This document shows, piece by piece, positions 53,725 through 63,683 of a stretch of 64,000 nt of DNA. Below the pieces are notes generated by a model. It saw nothing but the letters and a program-made list of their open reading frames with translations, ran no database searches and was not told the origin of the DNA. The DNA lies in the IMG/VR virus record IMGVR_UViG_3300027759_003166, one strand, 5' to 3'. Numbering within the stretch: the stretch's first letter is position 1; every line of letters starts with the position of its first letter. The DNA is from a virus (Duplodnaviria; Caudoviricetes). A program made the translations under genes and the position numbers.

Positions 53725-54510
53725 ATGGCAAGAGACCTACTAGTAATTTTACGTAGCTGTACCATTGTACACGCTGCCAGCAACTCAACCAGATACATCA
53801 ATGTTTCTAAACACGAATTAGTCAAACACTGTATCAGCAGTTTGGTTAATAGCATCAATCAAGTAACTAATCATAATATTCGACTAGTTGTCTTAGATGA
53901 TCATAGCAGCCCCGAAGCTGTAGATGATATTAAAACCATAATTGGGCATTGTAAGTTTCCCACAGAATTTATACCTGTGTTAGATGGAACAGGCAATGGA
54001 CATACAATGAAATGTGTCTATGATCAGGTAGAACAGAATTGTACAGATCTATGGTATCACATTGAAGATGACTATCTACACGTACCAGAGGCTATTCAAG
54101 ATATGATCGATTCGGTGGATCAATTTGAATCCAACACAGGTAAATTAGTTGCTATTAATCCTCACGATGACATATGGAGGTATACAAAACAAATTTATCA
54201 TAGTATACTGTTACTTGGTCCATACAGACATTATAGGACAGTTCAACATACTACCTATACTTGTTTGGCCAGCCGTAACCTGTATAATCGTTACCGTAAT
54301 ATTTTCCAAGATTTGGTTAAACTTACTATTAACAAGGAAGGTTGGGTCGAGGACCGGTCAATAAATCAAATTTGGCAACAACCAGATGTTATGTTATTCA
54401 GTCCAATACCTGGTCTAGGATTTCATATTATGGATGAAAGCGGCAAGGATCCTTATTTTGATATTGACGCATTATGGAACAGTGTTCCTAAACTATGGAG
54501 AAAAGAATGA
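53725..54510 (+). CDS. GT-A fold glycosyltransferase-like protein
   Basis: VVLDDHS, YHIEDDYLH; start MARDLL after AAGGA. Confidence 0.7.
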   Translation: MARDLLVILRSCTIVHAASNSTRYINVSKHELVKHCISSLVNSINQVTNHNIRLVVLDDHSSPEAVDDIKTIIGHCKFPTEFIPVLDGTGNGHTMKCVYDQVEQNCTDLWYHIEDDYLHVPEAIQDMIDSVDQFESNTGKLVAINPHDDIWRYTKQIYHSILLLGPYRHYRTVQHTTYTCLASRNLYNRYRNIFQDLVKLTINKEGWVEDRSINQIWQQPDVMLFSPIPGLGFHIMDESGKDPYFDIDALWNSVPKLWRKE

Positions 54511-55349
54511 AAGTATATGACTGTTTTACATTTTTCAATGAGTTAGATCTATTAGAAGTGCGTTTAAACGAACTTTATAATAGCGTAGATTATTTTGTCA
54601 TTGCTGAGGCTAATATGAGTCACAGTGGCAAACCCAAAGAATATGTATTAGAACAAAATTGGGAAAGATTTAAACCTTTCCACGATAAGATACGTTATCT
54701 TAAGATTGATGACTTTCCTGTAACCAACAATAGTTGGGTACGTGAGAAGTTTCAACGTGATGCTCTTAAGCGTGGAATCACTGATAAACAAGCAGATGAT
54801 TTGATCATAATTAGTGATCTTGACGAAATTCCACGTGGAGATATTATAGAATTGATCAAAGAAGATGAGAACAAATATGAACGTTATGTATTATGTGTTC
54901 CATTATTTAGATACAAGTTTAATTTCTTAAAATGGCATCACCCTGTGATCAATCAACAAATGATTGTAACTAGGGCTCACGTATTCACTAACCCTGAAAA
55001 AGAACGTGATTTTACTCATGCCTGGCTACCACCCGCGCCCGATGTTGTTTATCTACATCATGCTGGTTGGCACTTTAGCTACTTAGGTGATGATAAGAAT
55101 GCAGTACATAAATTACAAAACTTTGCTCATACAGAACAAAATATACCTGAAATTGTTGATGTGTTCAATATTGATCGAATGATAGAAGAAAAATGTGGAC
55201 CAAATCCTGCTGACATTGAAAAGTTTGAATACGTTCAACTTGATGATTATTTTCCTAAATGTGTAGTTGATAATCAAGAAAAATACAAAGATTTAATTAT
55301 TCCAAACGCTACTATACCAATCTTTAAATTCTATCCGGAGGACGTATAA
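54507..55349 (+). CDS. GT17 (MGAT3-like) glycosyltransferase
   Basis: YDCFTFFNELDLLEVR, REKFQRD, SDLDEIP, GWHFSY. Confidence 0.85.
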   Translation: MKVYDCFTFFNELDLLEVRLNELYNSVDYFVIAEANMSHSGKPKEYVLEQNWERFKPFHDKIRYLKIDDFPVTNNSWVREKFQRDALKRGITDKQADDLIIISDLDEIPRGDIIELIKEDENKYERYVLCVPLFRYKFNFLKWHHPVINQQMIVTRAHVFTNPEKERDFTHAWLPPAPDVVYLHHAGWHFSYLGDDKNAVHKLQNFAHTEQNIPEIVDVFNIDRMIEEKCGPNPADIEKFEYVQLDDYFPKCVVDNQEKYKDLIIPNATIPIFKFYPEDV

Positions 55350-56233
55350 TGAAAGTTTATGATATGTTTTCATTCTATAATGAATTTGAAATTTTAGAAA
55401 TAAGATTAAAAGAATTATGGGATACAGTAGATTATTTTGTATTAGTTGAGTCTAACACTACTTTTACAGGATTACCCAAGGAATACTTCTTTGAAAATAA
55501 TAAAGAAAGATTTGCTCCATATTTAGAAAAAATTCGTCATATTAAACTTGATGACTCAATTGAGGAACAACGCAGAGTATTGCCTGGGCAAATAGATGAT
55601 ACCTGGGTACGTGAAAAATATCAACGTTACATAGCTTATAAAGAGCTATCAGATGTTTCTCCTGAGGATCTTTTGATAATCAGTGATTGTGATGAAATAC
55701 CACGTGCTGACATGATTGAAATGATCAAGGAGGATGAAAACGATTATGATCGTTATATCATATATATAGCTCAATTTAATTACAAAATTAACTATATGAA
55801 AATACAACATCCTAGTAGCCATCCTGCAATTATAACTGTTAGAGGTCGTGTATTTACAAATCCTCAACAAGAAAGAGAATATTCATTCTATTGGAACCCA
55901 AAACCAAATAATACAATATCAGTACATCATGGCGGCTGGCACTTTACCTATTTTGGTAATGAAGATCATTGTTTGAACAAAATTAAAAGTTTTGCTCATA
56001 CTGAACAAAATGTTGGAAAAATTGTTGATGAATATAATATTTCATGGATGATTCGAAACAAATACGGTCATGAAGGAATTAATAGTAAGCATAACGAAAG
56101 ATTTGAGTATGTATTAGTTGATGACTATTTTCCTAAATGCATAACAGAAAATTTAGATAAGTGGGATCATATGATCATACCAGATGCGGTGTTCAGAGTT
56201 GATGACCTTTACAGAGAAAATGAAAAATATTAA
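55349..56233 (+). CDS. GT17 (MGAT3-like) glycosyltransferase
   Basis: YDMFSFYNEFEILEIR, REKYQR, SDCDEIP, GWHFTY. Confidence 0.85.
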   Translation: MKVYDMFSFYNEFEILEIRLKELWDTVDYFVLVESNTTFTGLPKEYFFENNKERFAPYLEKIRHIKLDDSIEEQRRVLPGQIDDTWVREKYQRYIAYKELSDVSPEDLLIISDCDEIPRADMIEMIKEDENDYDRYIIYIAQFNYKINYMKIQHPSSHPAIITVRGRVFTNPQQEREYSFYWNPKPNNTISVHHGGWHFTYFGNEDHCLNKIKSFAHTEQNVGKIVDEYNISWMIRNKYGHEGINSKHNERFEYVLVDDYFPKCITENLDKWDHMIIPDAVFRVDDLYRENEKY

Positions 56234-56975
56234 TATGACTAATTTAAGAACACCTCCAACTGCTAAACCCCATAATCCAACATCCGATCAAGAAACATCA
56301 ATTAAATTTGCTGGTGAATGGGATTCTGAACTAGCGGTTAAAATTCAAAATGCATGGTTTAGTTCAATTTCTATGGAATTCAAATTACCAGAATGGGTTC
56401 GTTATATGGATGGTGCCAGTGGAAAAAAATATAGATATTTTATTAACAACATGATTCAATCCCTGGACGATGCTAGATATTTAGAAATTGGGACCTGGGC
56501 AGGATCGACTGCATGTTCTGCTCTATATGGAAACAAGGTTAAAACAACCTGTGTTGATAATTGGGCAGAGTTCGGCGGCCCAAAAGATTTATTCTTTTCA
56601 AATATAGACAAATTAAAATCTCCAGACATTGATTTTTCTTTTATAGAAAATGATTTTAATCTTATAGATTATACATCTATAGGAAAATTTAACGTGTATA
56701 TGTATGATGGAGCTCATTCTGAAGAAAATCAATACAACGGAGTTGCTAGGGTATTACCTGCATTAGATGACACCTTCTTACTGGTTGTTGATGATTGGAA
56801 TTGGAATGCTGTTAGATCAGGAACACTTAATGCTATTAACGATAAAAATCTCAGCATAGTATGCAGTATAGAAATTCGAACAATGCAACAAGAGGTATGG
56901 TGGGCTCCTGATATTTTAGGATCCGACAGCGACTGGCATAATGGATACTTTATAGCATTAATTAAAAAAGGATAA
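56220..56975 (+). CDS. class I SAM methyltransferase (Methyltransf_24-like)
   Basis: YLEIGTWAGS, YMYDGAH, VVDDWNW; start uncertain. Confidence 0.75.
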   Translation: MKNINMTNLRTPPTAKPHNPTSDQETSIKFAGEWDSELAVKIQNAWFSSISMEFKLPEWVRYMDGASGKKYRYFINNMIQSLDDARYLEIGTWAGSTACSALYGNKVKTTCVDNWAEFGGPKDLFFSNIDKLKSPDIDFSFIENDFNLIDYTSIGKFNVYMYDGAHSEENQYNGVARVLPALDDTFLLVVDDWNWNAVRSGTLNAINDKNLSIVCSIEIRTMQQEVWWAPDILGSDSDWHNGYFIALIKKG

Positions 56976-56977
56976 CA

Positions 56978-57757
56978 ATGACAACATTTTCACATTCAGG
57001 AACTACAGGTGATACATTTTGTGCCTTAGTAATTCCAAAAATATTTGGCGAAGGAGAAGTATATCTCAAGTTGAATAACCTAGAACATGTAATAAACACT
57101 AAATTAGGGTGGAGCAATAAAGGAAATCGGCATGAAGGTCGTATGACTGAAAATGATTATGAAGTAATGCGTGAATTAATTTTACATCAAAAATACATTA
57201 CTAAATTTGAAATTTGGAATGGTCAAGGAATTGATTATGAATTAGAAGATGCATACGATCATTTAGAGACAGGATTCTTTCCTAGAAATTTTAGCAATCA
57301 ATATGCATTAGCTGCCGGAATAGATCCTAAGAAGCATGAAAAAGAATTACAAATGCTTCCGTGGTTGGAGTGCCGAGAGCCCCGTAAATTTCCTGGAAGA
57401 CCTATTGTTATACATCGTAGTCCTAATTACCAAGAAGGTAATCCAGTAGATAGCCCACATTGGAGAAAAATTATAGATCGAGGTTTAGCAGATCAAGCGG
57501 TATTTGTAGGCGCTGATAGCGATCACGATTACTTTGAAAATCTTTACAAAATACGTGTACCTTATTATAGAACTCCAGACTGGATGGAATTAGCCCGTGT
57601 AATACAAGGTAGTGAACTTATGATTACTAGCATGGGAGGTCCAAGTGCTTTATGTTTATGTCTTGGAAAAACAATGATGCTAGAACCTCGCAAAAATGAA
57701 CCACACGAAAGATTAGAAATCAACTATCCTCTCAGAGTTAATATACAATATTTTTAA
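56978..57757 (+). CDS. glycosyltransferase-like protein (GT9-like)
   Basis: HSGTTGD N-terminus, ELARVIQGSELMI. Confidence 0.55.
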   Translation: MTTFSHSGTTGDTFCALVIPKIFGEGEVYLKLNNLEHVINTKLGWSNKGNRHEGRMTENDYEVMRELILHQKYITKFEIWNGQGIDYELEDAYDHLETGFFPRNFSNQYALAAGIDPKKHEKELQMLPWLECREPRKFPGRPIVIHRSPNYQEGNPVDSPHWRKIIDRGLADQAVFVGADSDHDYFENLYKIRVPYYRTPDWMELARVIQGSELMITSMGGPSALCLCLGKTMMLEPRKNEPHERLEINYPLRVNIQYF

Positions 57758-57767
57758 AAGGTAAATT

Positions 57768-58433
57768 ATGACAATAGAAATTAAATGGACAGGTGATTTA
57801 AATTCTCCAGATGGAGAAAAATTAATCGATGCCTTTAAACAAGCATATAGAATGAATCATAAATTATCTGATTTTGTATTGAATATGCGTGGAATGAGCG
57901 GTAAAAAATATAGAGTATTAATTAACACATTGATTGAAAACACGTCTGATGTTAGATATTTAGAAATAGGATCTTATAAAGGATCAACCGCTTGTGCAGC
58001 AATCTATGGCAATGATGCAAAATTATCTTGTATTGATACATTCATATGGAGCTCTAGTCAAGAGCTAAAAGATAACATTGCTCTGGCTTCAACTAAAAAT
58101 GTAGATTTTAAATTATTTGAGCAAGATTTTAGAACCATTGACTATTCTAACATTGGAAAATATAATGTATATATGTACGACGGCCCTCACGATGAGAGAG
58201 ATCAGTTTGACGGAATTTTAATTGCACAACCAGCTTTGGAAGATAAATTTTTATTAATAGTTGATGATTGGAATGGGTCTCACGTGCAGAACGGTACAAT
58301 AAATGCCATGAAATATCTAGGGTTAAATGTGTTAGCAAGCGTGGAGATTTTTTCACCCAACGAACCAATCACAGATGAAAAAAGTGATTGGCATTTTGGA
58401 TATTTCATAGGTTACGTTGAAAAATCTCAGTAA
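57768..58433 (+). CDS. class I SAM methyltransferase, paralog of 56220
   Basis: YLEIGSYKGS, YMYDGPH, IVDDWNG. Confidence 0.75.
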   Translation: MTIEIKWTGDLNSPDGEKLIDAFKQAYRMNHKLSDFVLNMRGMSGKKYRVLINTLIENTSDVRYLEIGSYKGSTACAAIYGNDAKLSCIDTFIWSSSQELKDNIALASTKNVDFKLFEQDFRTIDYSNIGKYNVYMYDGPHDERDQFDGILIAQPALEDKFLLIVDDWNGSHVQNGTINAMKYLGLNVLASVEIFSPNEPITDEKSDWHFGYFIGYVEKSQ

Positions 58434-58456
58434 CCAATTCATTAAACTTTTACAGA

Positions 58457-59176
58457 ATGAAAATAGCAATAATAATATGTGGACAGCCTAGGTTTACTGA
58501 TGATTTTAAAAACACCTTAACTAATCTTAAAGGTTATACTCATGCCGATTGGTTTTGTTATTTCACAGGCAACAATCAAGGAATCCCATCTAATAAACTT
58601 CCTTCAGAGTTTTGGAGAGAAATTACTGATACAAAATTAGCAGCAAATACTCTTCAATCTATGTTACCACCGACTAATTTTATTAGATCATTTGAATTGT
58701 CTGATAGTGACTATATTGAACTACCAAAAGAACCTCTAGAAGTTCCTACGCCTGCTTATAAAATGTGGTATAATTTATTTCAAGTTAATCAACTTCGACT
58801 TAACTATGAAAAACAAAATAACATTATATACGATATGGTTGTACGCATACGTCCTGATGCAGGGTTAGTAGATGAAGTAGATCTAAATAATCTAATGGAA
58901 CATATTAATCACTCGGTAATAACTCCTATAAACAAAATTGCAGGACACCTTAACCTTAGTCCCGACTCTCCTCAAATGTGTGATTGTCTTGCTATTGCTT
59001 CTCCAGAAAATATGAATATATATTGTGATATGATTCACGACGCTCATAACAATTTCTTTACTCAAACTAGGTATACTTGGCATACAGAAAGTGCTCATGC
59101 ATTACATTTAAAAAATCATAATGTTACTATAACACCGTGTAATTTTAAAATATCAATACGCGGTGATGCTAATTAA
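58457..59176 (+). CDS. GQPRF-family hypothetical protein
   Basis: MKIAIIICGQPRF..YDMVVRIRPD..CDCLAI. Confidence 0.6.
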   Translation: MKIAIIICGQPRFTDDFKNTLTNLKGYTHADWFCYFTGNNQGIPSNKLPSEFWREITDTKLAANTLQSMLPPTNFIRSFELSDSDYIELPKEPLEVPTPAYKMWYNLFQVNQLRLNYEKQNNIIYDMVVRIRPDAGLVDEVDLNNLMEHINHSVITPINKIAGHLNLSPDSPQMCDCLAIASPENMNIYCDMIHDAHNNFFTQTRYTWHTESAHALHLKNHNVTITPCNFKISIRGDAN

Positions 59177-59219
59177 GCATCCAATAAATATTCAGATTAT
59201 TAAATAGAAAGACAATAAA

Positions 59220-59846
59220 ATGCCAAATACAATATACATTGATAGTACATACTGCCCTACAGATTTATGTCTTATTGGATCAGACTGTAATACCGATAAG
59301 GCTCCCTACTCTTTAAACAGTGTTTGTTCAAAAGCACGAAAGGGATATACCGCAGTTTACGAGCTATTATTTTCATCTATGCGAAACAAAGAAATTAATT
59401 TTTGTGAGATAGGAATAGAGGCTGGCGCATCAGTTCAGATGTGGGAACAATATTTCTCTAAGGCTAATTTATTTGCATTTGAATATGATGAGAATAAAAT
59501 TGAATTATGTAAAAAATTAGCACCTAACACTAATTTTTTAAAAACTGATGTATCAAATGAACAAATCTTACATCAAACATTTAAAGATACAGATAAAATG
59601 TTTGACATAATTATTGATGATTCAAATCACCATCAACCGGATCAACTTAAAATAATAAAAGTATCTGTTGATTATTTAAAGCCTGGTGGTATACTAATTA
59701 TTGAAGATATTTACAGAGAGTATACAGAAGATATTTTTGATTCAGTTATTGGTGATGAGTGGGCATTTAAAGCATTTATTATTTGTGATCATCAAAACAG
59801 AAGCGGGCATGACAATGATAAAATATGGGTAGGTATTAAAAAATGA
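59220..59846 (+). CDS. sugar O-methyltransferase-like protein
   Basis: EIGIEAGASV.MWEQYF, IIIDDSNH, LKPGGILIIED. Confidence 0.75.
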   Translation: MPNTIYIDSTYCPTDLCLIGSDCNTDKAPYSLNSVCSKARKGYTAVYELLFSSMRNKEINFCEIGIEAGASVQMWEQYFSKANLFAFEYDENKIELCKKLAPNTNFLKTDVSNEQILHQTFKDTDKMFDIIIDDSNHHQPDQLKIIKVSVDYLKPGGILIIEDIYREYTEDIFDSVIGDEWAFKAFIICDHQNRSGHDNDKIWVGIKK

Positions 59847-60610
59847 AAGTAGCATTGGTAACTGGGGGACTTCCTAGATTCACAGTTGACTTTGTAAAGT
59901 TAATGAATCAATTAAAAGGATTTGACTCTGCTGATATTTACATGACATTATGGTCCACTGACTGGGCGATATCAGCAGAAGAGGCCAGGGCTAAAATAGA
60001 AAAAATATTACCACCTCAATATAATCTAGCTAAAATAACCATCGTTGATCAACCAGAATATGAACTACCACCTCATTCTACAAATTTGTCACCACCAGTT
60101 GATTCAAAATATATAACATGGTGGTATAAGCGTTTATATCTAGGATCTCTTGGACTTTCCTGGGCACATGATCTTATAGATAAAGAATACGACGCTGTTG
60201 TTGTATTTAGATTAGATGTTTCTGCAGATAGGGAGATTGATCTAAGTACCTATGATTTTTCAAATAAACAATTAATATGTTCTAACAATGGACATTCTGG
60301 ATTTCCAGATTATAAAATCAATGATCAATTAGTGTTTGGTTCTCAGGAATCTATAAAACTTTTATGTGACATGGGAAAAAATGTTAAAGAATTAGTTCCT
60401 TTATCTGATCCACAGTGGTCAAAAACAGATATAATAGATGGATCTGTATGGACCTGGAGCAGAGAGTGTTTAATAGGGTATTACATGAAACAAGTTGATG
60501 TACCGTTGATATATGGTAATTTTAATGTAGTAATGAACTCTCAAGGTAGATCACGATTTACGGATAAACATTTTCATCATCCTGTTTCAATAGATCCTAC
60601 AGAAATTTAA
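59843..60610 (+). CDS. GQPRF-family hypothetical protein
   Basis: MKVALVTGGLPRF..YDAVVVFRLD..NDQL. Confidence 0.6.
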   Translation: MKVALVTGGLPRFTVDFVKLMNQLKGFDSADIYMTLWSTDWAISAEEARAKIEKILPPQYNLAKITIVDQPEYELPPHSTNLSPPVDSKYITWWYKRLYLGSLGLSWAHDLIDKEYDAVVVFRLDVSADREIDLSTYDFSNKQLICSNNGHSGFPDYKINDQLVFGSQESIKLLCDMGKNVKELVPLSDPQWSKTDIIDGSVWTWSRECLIGYYMKQVDVPLIYGNFNVVMNSQGRSRFTDKHFHHPVSIDPTEI

Positions 60611-60615
60611 AAATT

Positions 60616-61338
60616 ATGAATATATTAATACCTATGGCAGGATTAGGGTCGAGATTTTTGACCAAAGGTTTTCATCAACCTAAACCATTAATTGATGTAA
60701 ACGGTACTCCTATGATTATAAGAGCAATAGAAAGTCTTGGTATCGATAATGCCAGATACTTATTTGTTATATCAAAAAATGAATATTCAGAAAGTGTTAA
60801 AAAAGAAATTTCAAAATATGTAAATTGTAATTTCATTGAAATTAATTATATTACAGAAGGACCTGCCTGTTCTGCATTATTGTTCAAAGATCAAATTAAC
60901 AACGATGATGAATTAATTATTGCCAACTGTGATCAAATTATGGAATGGAGTGCAGATTTATTTTTATTAAATGTTCGGCAATACGATGGTGCAGTAGTAA
61001 CCTATCACGAAACAACTGATAAAAATAGTTATGCTAAGGTTAATAAACAAGGTCAGGTTATAGAGATACAAGAAAAAAATGTAATAAGTAATATATCATT
61101 AAACGGAATACATTATTGGAAAAATGGTAGCTACTTTGTTGATAGCGCTCAAGAAATGATCGATGATGATTATAGGGCTCCTAATGGAGAATTCTATGTT
61201 GGACCATCGTACAATTATATGATTAAAAACAGATTAACAGTAGGTATATATCATATACCTAATCAGATGCATCACCCAGTGGGTGTACCAGACGATTTAG
61301 AAAAATTTATTAAATATGAAAATTCAAAAATTAGATAA
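60616..61338 (+). CDS. nucleotidyltransferase (NTP_transferase family)
   Basis: IPMAGLGSRF..PKPLI, ANCDQ, EFYV. Confidence 0.85.
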   Translation: MNILIPMAGLGSRFLTKGFHQPKPLIDVNGTPMIIRAIESLGIDNARYLFVISKNEYSESVKKEISKYVNCNFIEINYITEGPACSALLFKDQINNDDELIIANCDQIMEWSADLFLLNVRQYDGAVVTYHETTDKNSYAKVNKQGQVIEIQEKNVISNISLNGIHYWKNGSYFVDSAQEMIDDDYRAPNGEFYVGPSYNYMIKNRLTVGIYHIPNQMHHPVGVPDDLEKFIKYENSKIR

Positions 61339-61639
61339 CATGTGGAGAGGATGGTTTATTGGCAACTTTGAACCAACTGTATTAAAAACTAAAGACTTTG
61401 AAGTAGGTATATTAACACACAAGAAAGATGAAGTATGGCCAGAACATTATCATGCCATTGCTACAGAATATAATGTATTAATAAGCGGGCACATGACAGT
61501 ATGTGGAGAAGAACTACATTCTGGAGATATTTTTATTATAGAACCCAACGAAATAGCAAGACCTGTGTTCCATGAAGATTGTATAATAGTATGTGTAAAA
61601 ACACCAAGTGTACCAAAGGATAAGTATGAAGTTTTTTAG
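61316..61639 (+). CDS. cupin-fold protein
   Basis: GWFIGNF, HYH..ATEYN, VKTP. Confidence 0.7.
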   Translation: MKIQKLDNMWRGWFIGNFEPTVLKTKDFEVGILTHKKDEVWPEHYHAIATEYNVLISGHMTVCGEELHSGDIFIIEPNEIARPVFHEDCIIVCVKTPSVPKDKYEVF

Positions 61640-62819
61640 AAACAGAGAAGAAATAGATATAAACAAATACTTCATAGCAACATATGTTATGAAATCGTCA
61701 ACTTCACTTAAAGATGCTGCGTGGAATCTTGCTATAGGTCAAAGTGTAGGAAATCCTAGTGTTCGTAATGAATGGGAAACTGATGACTTATTTGAAAATC
61801 ACAGTTGTATCATTTTAGGTGATGAAAGCTATATGTCCACACAGATCTCGGGTATTGTAGAAATTGCATTTCCTGTAGCAAACATTGATTGGGATACAGA
61901 CGGAATTAGTCAACTTCTTTGCCACCTGATGGGAGGACAAGTTGATATTGATATTATTAAAAAATGTCGTTTGATAAAACTTGAATTGCCAAACAATGTT
62001 ACTCAGCATTTTTTAGGTCCTAAATTTGGAATTACAGGTTTTAGACAATTCACAGGACAATACAATAAACCATTATTTGGTGGTATCATTAAACCAAAGA
62101 TTGGAGTTTCTCCAGAAGTATTGCTAGAAATGGTTAAGCAAATGGTCGATGGTGGAGTTGATTTTATTAAAGAAGATGAAATCATGAGCAATCCCGTATG
62201 TGCTCCATTGGAACATAGGGTAGACATGATTGCTAACTATCTAGCCAAACAAAGTCGTAAAGTTGTATTCTGTCACACCATTAATGCAGATCCACATATT
62301 ATTATAGACCGTGTTAAGCGTGTACATGAGTTAGGTGGTAATGGAGTTCACGTTAATGTGTTTAGTGGAATTGGTGTGTATAATAGTATTCGCAAATTAG
62401 ATCTACCTTTATATCTACATTATCAAAGTAGCGGAGCGAAATTACTAACTGATGTAAATCACAGGTTTAGTATTAGTTGGCCAGTAATGTGCCAGTTAGC
62501 AACACTAATGGGTGTTGATACTATACAAACTGGCATGGTTGGAGGATATAGTAATGATGATCCAGTGGAGATTAAAGAATGTTTAGAAATATTAAGAGCA
62601 GGTAATACTGTGCCTGCACTTAGTTGTGGAATGCATCCCGGATTAGTTAATAAGGTCACCGAACTTGCAGGGTTAGATTATTTGGCCAATGCAGGTGGAG
62701 CAGTTCATGGTCACCCTGGCGGTACAGTTGCAGGTGCGCGAGCCATGAGACAAGCAATAGATAAAACGCATAATACAGAATATGATCAAGCAATTAACAA
62801 ATGGGGATTAATAATATGA
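61626..62819 (+). CDS. RuBisCO-like protein (form IV-type)
   Basis: AIGQSVG, GPKFG, GGIIKPKIG, GVDFIKEDE, SCG, GGAVHGHP. Confidence 0.88.
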   Translation: MKFFRNREEIDINKYFIATYVMKSSTSLKDAAWNLAIGQSVGNPSVRNEWETDDLFENHSCIILGDESYMSTQISGIVEIAFPVANIDWDTDGISQLLCHLMGGQVDIDIIKKCRLIKLELPNNVTQHFLGPKFGITGFRQFTGQYNKPLFGGIIKPKIGVSPEVLLEMVKQMVDGGVDFIKEDEIMSNPVCAPLEHRVDMIANYLAKQSRKVVFCHTINADPHIIIDRVKRVHELGGNGVHVNVFSGIGVYNSIRKLDLPLYLHYQSSGAKLLTDVNHRFSISWPVMCQLATLMGVDTIQTGMVGGYSNDDPVEIKECLEILRAGNTVPALSCGMHPGLVNKVTELAGLDYLANAGGAVHGHPGGTVAGARAMRQAIDKTHNTEYDQAINKWGLII

Positions 62820-63661
62820 GAATTATTGATAATTTCTTATTTCATAATGAGTTTGATCTTTTAGAGATTCGATTAAGTACACATTATGATTATGTGGATC
62901 AATTTACCATTGTAGAATGCAATCATACATTCACTGGTATACATAAAGGATTTAATCTAATTGAACAAAAAGAAAGATATGCTCCTTGGTGGGATAAGGT
63001 TAACTTAGTACAACCGGATAAGCCGCCTCACAATGATTCCTGGAATGCAGAACATTGGATGCGTAATCATTTCCAAACACAATGGGACAACTTAACCAAA
63101 GATGATGTTGTTATTATTGCTGACTTAGATGAAATAATTCGACCAGAAGCATTACAATTTATTAGAGAAACGGATTATGATTTTTATAAATTAGGAATGC
63201 CATTCTTTAATTTAAAATTTAATTATCTAAATTTAGTTCCTCATAATCCGTGGCCATCCGTTAAAGCATTTCGAGGATACTATGTTGAAGGAATGGATGG
63301 TATGAGAAATGTACATAGTGTTCCAGGAGGACGGCAAGTAGATCTACATCACTCAGGATGGCATTTTAGTTACCTCGGAGATGAAGAATATTGCAGGAAT
63401 AAATTACGCAGTTTTTCTCATAGTGAATGGAATCTTCCACATATTACTGATAATTTTAATGTTTCAAAAGCTATAGAAAATGGCCAAGATATTTTAGCAA
63501 GGCCTGGTTTTGTTTTTTGTCCAGTTAAACTTGATAATTATTTTCCAAAATATATTATTGATAATAAAGAAAAATTCAAAAATTACATATTACAAGATGG
63601 TGAAAAATCTGTATTAGACCATATACCCGGAAACGTACCGCAAGTATTATCCGTATTTTAA
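62816..63661 (+). CDS. GT17 (MGAT3-like) glycosyltransferase
   Basis: DNFLFHNEFDLLEIR, EHWMRN, ADLDEI, GWHFSY. Confidence 0.85.
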   Translation: MRIIDNFLFHNEFDLLEIRLSTHYDYVDQFTIVECNHTFTGIHKGFNLIEQKERYAPWWDKVNLVQPDKPPHNDSWNAEHWMRNHFQTQWDNLTKDDVVIIADLDEIIRPEALQFIRETDYDFYKLGMPFFNLKFNYLNLVPHNPWPSVKAFRGYYVEGMDGMRNVHSVPGGRQVDLHHSGWHFSYLGDEEYCRNKLRSFSHSEWNLPHITDNFNVSKAIENGQDILARPGFVFCPVKLDNYFPKYIIDNKEKFKNYILQDGEKSVLDHIPGNVPQVLSVF

Positions 63662-63683
63662 AAATTTATAAAGGAAAATAATA

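Noticed and set aside
61626-62819. Bona fide CO2-fixing RuBisCO
   Set aside because: KEDE motif, about 400-aa length and glycan-island context fit form IV; no PRK or small subunit.
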